Notes under the pieces: generated by a model
The model's input: only the letters and a program-made list of their open reading frames with translations
Databases searched by the model: none
Told to the model about the DNA's origin: nothing
In this document: one piece after another, positions 57,710 through 64,000 of the stretch
Layout: every line of letters begins with the position of its first letter
Position numbering within the stretch: position 1 is the first letter of the stretch
Position numbers and translations under genes: made by a program
Assembly: GCA_964610465.1 (NCBI GenBank)
Contig: CAZSWA010000003.1
Location: forward strand, 6,245 to 70,244
DNA from: an uncultured Gammaproteobacteria bacterium
GTDB lineage: Bacteria > Patescibacteriota > Microgenomatia > Levybacterales > UBA12049
Length of the DNA: 64,000 nucleotides
Direction: 5' to 3'

Positions 57710-58492
57710 ATGAGAAACACAAAAGATCATAAATTAACCATCGGTTGGCTGTATCCTGACCTTATGAGTATTTATGGAGATAGAGGAAATATCATTACGC
57801 TTATAAAGCGCTGCGAATGGCGTGGTATTGATATAAAAGTCAAAACTATCTCACTTCATACATCAGTAAACGAACTTAAAAGCTGTGATTTGCTTTTTAT
57901 GGGAGGAGCACAGGATAGACAGCAAAAAATCGTTTCAGAAGATCTGGTGAAAAAAGCAAAAACGCTCTTTGACATGATAGAAAAAGGTATCCCAGGACTG
58001 TATATTTGTGGAGCGTTTCAGTTTTTGGGCAAATATTATAAAGAAGCTGATGGGACAATAGTTGATGGGCTTGGAATTTTGGATCTTTATACAGTTAATC
58101 CTGGTTTTAGTGCCAAACGTCTTATTGGTAATGTAGTAGCAAAAGCTGAGAAAAATTGGTTTAGGGGAAGTGATGAGCTGTCGTATATTGTCGGCTTTGA
58201 AAATCATGGAGGACGAACGTATCTTGGAGAGAATATCCAACCCATGAGTAAAGTAGTAAAGGGCTATGGTAATAATGGAGAAGATGGGACAGAAGGTGCA
58301 GTATATAAAAATAGTTTTGGCAGTTATTTTCATGGTCCAATACTCCCTAAAAACCCTCAATTTGCTGACTATTTGATAGAAAAAGCATTAGAAATAAAAT
58401 ATGAAGATACAGTTGAGATAACTCCACTTGATGAATCATTGGAATTACAAGCAGTAAGTGTGATTGCGAAACGTTTAGGCCTTGAGCTATAA
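57710..58492 (+). CDS. gatD: lipid II isoglutaminyl synthase glutaminase subunit GatD (CobB/CobQ-like GATase)
   Basis: 'YICGAFQFLG' (catalytic Cys), 'GFENHGGRTY' and 'YGNNGEDGTEG' match S. aureus GatD almost motif-for-motif. Confidence 0.85.
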   Translation: MRNTKDHKLTIGWLYPDLMSIYGDRGNIITLIKRCEWRGIDIKVKTISLHTSVNELKSCDLLFMGGAQDRQQKIVSEDLVKKAKTLFDMIEKGIPGLYICGAFQFLGKYYKEADGTIVDGLGILDLYTVNPGFSAKRLIGNVVAKAEKNWFRGSDELSYIVGFENHGGRTYLGENIQPMSKVVKGYGNNGEDGTEGAVYKNSFGSYFHGPILPKNPQFADYLIEKALEIKYEDTVEITPLDESLELQAVSVIAKRLGLEL

Positions 58493-58499
58493 TAGCTTC

Positions 58500-58784
58500 A
58501 TGAAAATCAATGTAAAACATGTGGCAAAACTTGCCAATCTTCCTCTTATTGACAAAGAGATTACCAAATTTGAACCTCAACTTTCAGAAGTCTTAGAGTA
58601 TATAAAAAAACTTGAGGAAGTAAAAACCAAAGATGTTGACCCTACAAGTCAGGTAACTGGTCTTGAAAACGTAGTTCGGAATGATGAAACTGTTTCTTCT
58701 CTACCACAGGATGAAGCATTGTCAAATGCCAAAGCACAACACAATGGATTTTTCCAGGTGAAAGGAATTTTTGATAATGAATAG
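58500..58784 (+). CDS. gatC: Asp/Glu-tRNA amidotransferase subunit C
   Basis: 'V.HVAKLA.L.L.D.E...F..QL..VL.Y...L.EVD....DP' GatC pattern. Start taken at MKINVKHV. Confidence 0.75.
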   Translation: MKINVKHVAKLANLPLIDKEITKFEPQLSEVLEYIKKLEEVKTKDVDPTSQVTGLENVVRNDETVSSLPQDEALSNAKAQHNGFFQVKGIFDNE

Positions 58785-59415
58785 TCAGCTTACTACATTT
58801 TATATCGTTCGGCATGGAGAATCTGAAGCAAATGTAAAAGAAGAAAAAAGAGAAGAATATCAGACCCCAGGAGAATATGGACCGCCATTGACCAAAAATG
58901 GTAAACAGCAAGTATCTCTTTTGGCAAAGAAGTTAAAAAATATTCATTTTGATGTGGTATTCTCATCTGATCTGCTACGTGCCAAAGAAACAGCTGAAAT
59001 ACTCACTCTTGAAAGAAAAATCGCAATACAGACCACACACATAATTCGAGAACGTAATTTTGCAAGTTATCATGGGAAATGGCATATAGTCAAAAAAGAA
59101 GTACTAAGAGAGATTGCAAAACTTATTGAGGAGGAAAAAATGAAATATAAATTTGCAGATTTGGAAACAGAAGAAGATGCAGTCAATCGTTTAATTACTT
59201 TTGTCAGAGAGCTAGCTGTCGCATATAGCGGGAAAACTGTATTAATAGCAAGCCACGGAACTATTATGCGCATGTTTTTAATTAAACTAGGATATGCGAA
59301 ATATGATGAATTACCATCAGGAAGTATAAAAAATGCTGGATATTTTGTAGTACAAAGTGACGGGACAGACTTTTTTCTCAAAGAAACACAGGGAATAAAT
59401 AAGAAAGAAAACTAA
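58771..59415 (+). CDS. histidine phosphatase superfamily (PGM branch) protein, paralog 1
   Basis: 'FYIVRHGESEAN' RHG motif and a C-terminal 'ASHGTIMR'. Confidence 0.7.
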   Translation: MIMNSQLTTFYIVRHGESEANVKEEKREEYQTPGEYGPPLTKNGKQQVSLLAKKLKNIHFDVVFSSDLLRAKETAEILTLERKIAIQTTHIIRERNFASYHGKWHIVKKEVLREIAKLIEEEKMKYKFADLETEEDAVNRLITFVRELAVAYSGKTVLIASHGTIMRMFLIKLGYAKYDELPSGSIKNAGYFVVQSDGTDFFLKETQGINKKEN

Positions 59416-59416
59416 T

Positions 59417-60055
59417 ATGGATACAAAACAGAATTTAACTACATTTTATATTGTTCGACATGGCGAAACAGAATGGAATGTATCTGGTATTATACAAGGT
59501 CAACTTGATTCACAATTAACAGTGAGAGGTTTGCAACAAGCTCAAGAAACTGCTCAAGAATTAAGAGAGATTCCCTTCGATGCAATTTTTTCTTCAGATT
59601 TATTGCGCGCGAAAAGAACGGCAGAGATAATTAAACTAAACAGACAACTTGCTATAGTTACCAAAAAAGCCTTAAGAGAAAGGACTTTTGGCGATTACGA
59701 TGGGAAATCTGCTGAAGAATACAAAAAAGAAACAAAACATTTATTTGAGAAATATCAACAGTTATCAGAACAGGAACAGTGGAAGTTTAAATTTACAGAA
59801 GGATATGAAAGCGATGAAAAGCTTCTAAGTCGCTTTATTACTTTCATAAGAGAAATAGCGATTGCTTTTCCCAATAAAACTATACTTGTAGTAACACACG
59901 GTGGAACAATTCGAACATTTTTAATGCATATTGGTTTTGCAAATTATGGTGAATTAGTAGCAGGTACTTTTAATAATGCAGGCTATATTAACATGCAAAG
60001 CGATGGAGTAGATTTTTTTGTGAAAGAAGTGAAAGGTCTTAAGAAAAAAAAATGA
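59417..60055 (+). CDS. histidine phosphatase superfamily (PGM branch) protein, paralog 2
   Basis: 'FYIVRHGETEWN' and 'VTHGGTIR'. Same architecture as the upstream paralog. Confidence 0.7.
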   Translation: MDTKQNLTTFYIVRHGETEWNVSGIIQGQLDSQLTVRGLQQAQETAQELREIPFDAIFSSDLLRAKRTAEIIKLNRQLAIVTKKALRERTFGDYDGKSAEEYKKETKHLFEKYQQLSEQEQWKFKFTEGYESDEKLLSRFITFIREIAIAFPNKTILVVTHGGTIRTFLMHIGFANYGELVAGTFNNAGYINMQSDGVDFFVKEVKGLKKKK

Positions 60056-61470
60056 CTACTATGGATATTGCAAATTTAACCATTAAAGAAACTTTACAGA
60101 AATTACAGAGAAAAGAAATTTCGTCTGTTGAGCTTACAAAAGCATATATTGAACGGATTAAGAAACTCAATCCAAAATTAAATGCGTTTATTACTATTTC
60201 TGAAAAAGAAGCATTTGATGCTGCTAAAAGAGCTGATGAAATTCTTGCAAATGGAAGTACTCTTCCTCTTCTTGGAATTCCGGTTGCGTTAAAAGATTTA
60301 TATCTCACAAAAGGCATACGTACGACTGCAGCATCGAAAGTTTTGGATAATTATATTCCTCAATATGACGCGACTGCAGTTAAAAAACTCAAAGAAGCGG
60401 GTGCTGTAATACTTGGAAAAGCCAACTGTGATGCATGGGCACATGGGTCATCTGGTGAAAATTCAGATTATGGTGCAGCCAAAAATCCGTATAACACTGA
60501 TTTTGTTCCAGGAGGTTCATCAAGTGGTTCTGCTGCTGCAGTTGCAGCTGATATGGCACTTATGGCGACTGGGACAGATACCGGCGGCTCTATCAGACTC
60601 CCTGCAAGTTTTTGTAATGTCGTTGGACTCAAACCAACCTACGGCAGAGTAAGCCGCTATGGAGTTGTGGCAATGGCATCATCGCTTGATTCAATCGGAC
60701 ATTTTACGAAAACTGTTGAAGACAATGCACTGATACTCAAAATAACTGCAGGTCATGATGATTTTGATGCCACTACTCCGCAAGTTAAAGTGCCTGACTA
60801 TACAAAAGGTATTGAGAAAGGCGTAAAAGGACTTAAAATTGGAGTTCCAAAAGAGTATTTTGTTGAGGGGATGGATGAACAGGTAAAAGATTTGACCAAA
60901 AAAGTACTTGCGTTTTATGAATCAAAAGGCGCAGAACTTATAGATATCTCACTTCCCCACACAGAATATGCAATTGCTGTGTATTATATAGTCCAGACTG
61001 CAGAAGTTTCATCCAATCTCGCGCGATATGACGGTATACGATATGGTAATGACAGAAGTCATTTTGGAGATGAAGCCAAACGCAGAATTATGCTTGGCAC
61101 CTATGTCTTGTCTGCTGGATATTATGATGCATATTATAAAAAGGCCATGCAAGTTCGAACACTTATCAAAAAAGATTATGAAGATGCATGGAAAAAGGTT
61201 GATGTCATTATGGCACCTGCCTCACCTACTCTCCCTTGGAAATTGGGAGAAAAAGTCAATGACCCGCTCAAGATGTATTTATCAGATATTTTTACCGTAA
61301 CCGGAAACTTAGCAGGAATTCCAGGACTTTCAATTCCTGGCGGGTTTATTGATGGCTTACCGGTTGGGATACAGATTCTTGGCAAACAATTTTCAGAAGA
61401 CATGCTCTATCGAGTTGCGTATGCGTTTGAAAGAGAAAATCCTTTCTGGAAGGAAAAACCAAAAATATGA
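60052..61470 (+). CDS. gatA: Glu/Asp-tRNA amidotransferase subunit A (amidase signature family)
   Basis: 'GGSSSGSAAAVAA' amidase signature; Ser-cisSer-Lys triad context. Confidence 0.9.
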   Translation: MTTMDIANLTIKETLQKLQRKEISSVELTKAYIERIKKLNPKLNAFITISEKEAFDAAKRADEILANGSTLPLLGIPVALKDLYLTKGIRTTAASKVLDNYIPQYDATAVKKLKEAGAVILGKANCDAWAHGSSGENSDYGAAKNPYNTDFVPGGSSSGSAAAVAADMALMATGTDTGGSIRLPASFCNVVGLKPTYGRVSRYGVVAMASSLDSIGHFTKTVEDNALILKITAGHDDFDATTPQVKVPDYTKGIEKGVKGLKIGVPKEYFVEGMDEQVKDLTKKVLAFYESKGAELIDISLPHTEYAIAVYYIVQTAEVSSNLARYDGIRYGNDRSHFGDEAKRRIMLGTYVLSAGYYDAYYKKAMQVRTLIKKDYEDAWKKVDVIMAPASPTLPWKLGEKVNDPLKMYLSDIFTVTGNLAGIPGLSIPGGFIDGLPVGIQILGKQFSEDMLYRVAYAFERENPFWKEKPKI

Positions 61471-62810
61471 AATACTTACCAATCATTGGACTTGAAGTAC
61501 ATGTGGAGCTCAAAACAGCATCCAAAATGTTTTGCAGATGTTCTGCTGATTATTTTGGCAAAGAACCAAATACTCATACTTGTCCTGTATGTCTTGGTTT
61601 ACCTGGCGCATTACCGGTACCAAACAAAAAAGCAATTGAATGGTGTGTTGCGATAGGAATTGCATTACATTGTGAAATTAATGGCTTTTCCAAATTTGAC
61701 AGGAAAAATTATTTTTATCCTGATTTGGCAAAAGGTTATCAGATAAGCCAGTATGATTTACCGTTTGGAAGTAATGGATATGTAGTGCTCGCAAATGGCA
61801 AAAAAATCCATATCAGACGAGTGCATATGGAAGAAGATACAGGCAAACTGATTCATCAGGAAGTGCATGGAGAAAAAGTAAGTTTGATTGATTTTAATAG
61901 AAGCGGGGTTCCACTTGTCGAGATAGTAACCGAACCTGATTTCCATGAGGCTTTAGAAGTCAAAGAATATCTGCAAAAACTTCAACAAATAGTACGATAT
62001 TTGGATGTCTCAAATGCTGATATGGAAAAAGGTGACATGCGCCTTGAACCAAATATTTCATTACAAAAAATTGATGCAAAAGAATTACCAAATTATAAAG
62101 TAGAAGTAAAAAATATTAATTCTTTCCGTTTTGTAGAAAAAACAATAAATTATGAACTAAAGCGCCAGGAAGAAATTTTGGAAAAAGGAGAAACTCCCTT
62201 GCAGGAAACTCGCGGGTGGAATGAAACAAAACAGAAAACATTTTCTCAAAGAGTAAAAGAAGAAGCCAATGATTATCGCTATTTCCCAGAACCTGATATT
62301 CCGCCGATCTTGTTCACCAATGTACAGATTAGCAATATAAGAAAGCTTGTGCCAGAATTACCGGACCAGAAAATTGCCCGTTTCCAGAGAGAGTATGCAC
62401 TTCCCTACTATGATGCGGAAATTCTCACACGAGAAAAATCTCTTGCCGATTATTTTGAAGAAGCAGTAAAGATATGTCAAGAATTAAAAAACAAAAACCA
62501 TGAAACAATAGACGCAAAAGTTGTTGTGAATTGGATTATTAATAAAAAAGTGAATACGACAATAACTCTTCCGGCACAACTTATTGCGCTGATACTTTCT
62601 GCCAAACAAACAGTTCAGGTCGATGAAAAAGAACTGGAAAAAATAATTGATGGAGTGCTAAAAGAAAATGCAAAAGCAGTTGAAGATTATAAAAAAGGTA
62701 AAGAAGCATCCCTTATGTTTTTGCTTGGACAAGTAATGAGAAACTTCAAACAAAAAGTCGATGCAAAAATAGTTAGAGAGAAAATAGAAAAAAAACTTAA
62801 ATCTACTTAA
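61467..62810 (+). CDS. gatB: Glu/Asp-tRNA amidotransferase subunit B
   Basis: 'IGLEVHVEL.T.SK.FC.C' N-terminus, 'CPVCLGLPG' and the 'HMEEDTGK' region. Confidence 0.85.
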   Translation: MKYLPIIGLEVHVELKTASKMFCRCSADYFGKEPNTHTCPVCLGLPGALPVPNKKAIEWCVAIGIALHCEINGFSKFDRKNYFYPDLAKGYQISQYDLPFGSNGYVVLANGKKIHIRRVHMEEDTGKLIHQEVHGEKVSLIDFNRSGVPLVEIVTEPDFHEALEVKEYLQKLQQIVRYLDVSNADMEKGDMRLEPNISLQKIDAKELPNYKVEVKNINSFRFVEKTINYELKRQEEILEKGETPLQETRGWNETKQKTFSQRVKEEANDYRYFPEPDIPPILFTNVQISNIRKLVPELPDQKIARFQREYALPYYDAEILTREKSLADYFEEAVKICQELKNKNHETIDAKVVVNWIINKKVNTTITLPAQLIALILSAKQTVQVDEKELEKIIDGVLKENAKAVEDYKKGKEASLMFLLGQVMRNFKQKVDAKIVREKIEKKLKST

Positions 62811-63664
62811 TGCGAGAAATAGAAAATTCAGACGCAAATATACCCTCAAAGCTTAAAAATCCTGCGGACAGGCATGAACGAGTCACAAGAAGAATAAATG
62901 TTGTAAAAAAATATGCTCTTTCTCATGGAGTAAAAATACCAGAAGAAGTAGTTGAAGATGAACATTTCTGGTATAGACTGATGGAGAAATATTATCCTGT
63001 GACACAAGATATTGATAGAAATATACCTAATAAAAATACGAGAAGAGCTGTTTCTTTTAAAATAGCCGTACGACATACTAAGGAAATTCTCACAGAAGAG
63101 AAAGAAAAGTTAACTGATGGATTAACAGGTGCATGGTCTAGAAAAGCTTTAGAAAACTATATTGATAATATTATGACTCATATTAGAGAGAATCAAAGCT
63201 TAGGACTTATTTTTATAGATATTGATGATTTTAAGAAATATAATACTGAATATATGTATAGCACAGGAGATGTAGTACTTATGCAGCTTACAAATTTAAT
63301 AAATCAAAATATTTCTGATATCGATATGTTGGGGAGGTATGGCGGAGATGAATTTGTAGTAGTAATGCCACGGCTTACTCACCGAAAAGCTGTTTTGAAT
63401 AAAGCAAAAAGATTAAAACGGGTATTAAATAAACAGTTAAAAGCAAATGTAAAAACAAACCTCATTATAAAAGACGAAACATTAATAGAAAAATTTGAGC
63501 ATGATACGGTTACAGTCAGTGCGGGGGTTGGTATATTAACTTCACAAGATAAAGGAAAACCAGCCTTAGAGCTCTTAGACACAACAAGTAAACATATACA
63601 TGAAGCAAAAGGTGAAGGAAAAGATATGATAGTTGGTGAAATAGATTTACAAAAAAAAGTTTAA
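62810..63664 (+). CDS. GGDEF-domain diguanylate cyclase (no obvious sensor domain; RYGGDEF A-site)
   Basis: 'DGLTGAWSRKALENYI', 'FIDIDDFKKYN' and 'RYGGDEFVVV'. Confidence 0.8.
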   Translation: MREIENSDANIPSKLKNPADRHERVTRRINVVKKYALSHGVKIPEEVVEDEHFWYRLMEKYYPVTQDIDRNIPNKNTRRAVSFKIAVRHTKEILTEEKEKLTDGLTGAWSRKALENYIDNIMTHIRENQSLGLIFIDIDDFKKYNTEYMYSTGDVVLMQLTNLINQNISDIDMLGRYGGDEFVVVMPRLTHRKAVLNKAKRLKRVLNKQLKANVKTNLIIKDETLIEKFEHDTVTVSAGVGILTSQDKGKPALELLDTTSKHIHEAKGEGKDMIVGEIDLQKKV

Positions 63665-63700
63665 AAATCAAGAAAATGATATATAATAGGATAGACCTAT

Positions 63701-64000
63701 ATGTCCGATTTTGTTCATCTCCATAACCATTCTGAATATTCTCTTCTTGATGGTCTTTCTAAAGTGAAAGATATGGTTAATCGCGCGAAAGAATTGAAGA
63801 TGCCTGCTTTGGCGATAACAGATCATGGCAATATGTATGGCACAATAAAATTCTACAAAGCCTGTCTTGAAACAAATGTCAAACCTATTATCGGTTGTGA
63901 AATTTATATTGCCAAACGCTCCTTGCATGATAAAGATACGGTCCTTGATAAAGATTATAACCATCTTATTTTATTGGCTGAAAATAACACCGGTTATAAA
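63701..64000 (+). CDS. dnaE: DNA polymerase III alpha subunit (DnaE-type), N-terminal PHP domain fragment running off the window end
   Basis: '[45 protein letters not shown]' is the canonical PHP start. No stop before the window end, so it is absent from the ORF track. Confidence 0.8.
   Translation, partial: MSDFVHLHNHSEYSLLDGLSKVKDMVNRAKELKMPALAITDHGNMYGTIKFYKACLETNVKPIIGCEIYIAKRSLHDKDTVLDKDYNHLILLAENNTGYK

Noticed and set aside
63668-63964. 98-aa minus-strand ORF at the window end
   Set aside because: It is antisense to a clear DnaE PHP-domain N-terminus ([18 protein letters not shown]...) on the plus strand starting at 63701.
1-64000. CRISPR arrays, rRNA genes, IS elements
   Set aside because: No regularly spaced direct repeats, no rRNA-like conserved stretches and no transposase-like ORFs were seen on either strand.

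Overview
This window is AT-rich (about one third GC by eye), gene-dense bacterial chromosome. The mix of features is typical of a reduced Gram-positive-like lineage, possibly Patescibacteria/CPR, though that is inference only. It carries many prepilin-type proteins, several small zinc-ribbon proteins, a peptidoglycan amidation operon (murT/gatD) and many orphan hypotheticals.

Supported content, start to end:
- 2088..10358: a polysaccharide locus. It has a cellulose/curdlan-synthase-like GT2 with all processive-synthase motifs, an HlyD-like adaptor and a GH81 endo-beta-1,3-glucanase. Two divergently transcribed large GT-C-type membrane proteins flank it.
- Housekeeping genes: greA, cysS, lexA-uvrB (divergent), pyk, rplS, pyrG, polX, lemA-htpX, gatCAB and the dnaE N-terminus.
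- 10741..11390: a compact expression cassette with atypical codon usage.
- 18063..20957: a mannose-activation module (PMM, cupin PMI, SIS PGI/PMI).
- 20958..26990: a glycosylation cluster (DUF2723 O-mannosyltransferase-like protein, GT4, two SAM methyltransferases, GT2).
- 26990..36440: a co-directional type IV pilus operon on the minus strand. It runs Hpt, CheY-like regulator, pilB, pilC, four minor or giant pseudopilins, a PilM/N-like membrane protein, and two tandemly duplicated major-pilin genes.
- 37333..47199: lower-glycolysis genes ppsA-eno-gpmA and pyk.
- Two tRNAs on the minus strand: Gly-CCC (50843..50914) and Asp-GUC (52185..52258).

The three findings I rate highest are:
- the putative beta-1,3-glucan synthase plus GH81 module;
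- the duplicated, C-terminally variable pilin pair sitting next to an O-glycosylation cluster;
- a perfect 12-4-12 palindrome in the lexA/uvrB divergent promoter, likely the SOS operator.

All calls rest on motif-level reading of the ORF translations. No database searches were run.
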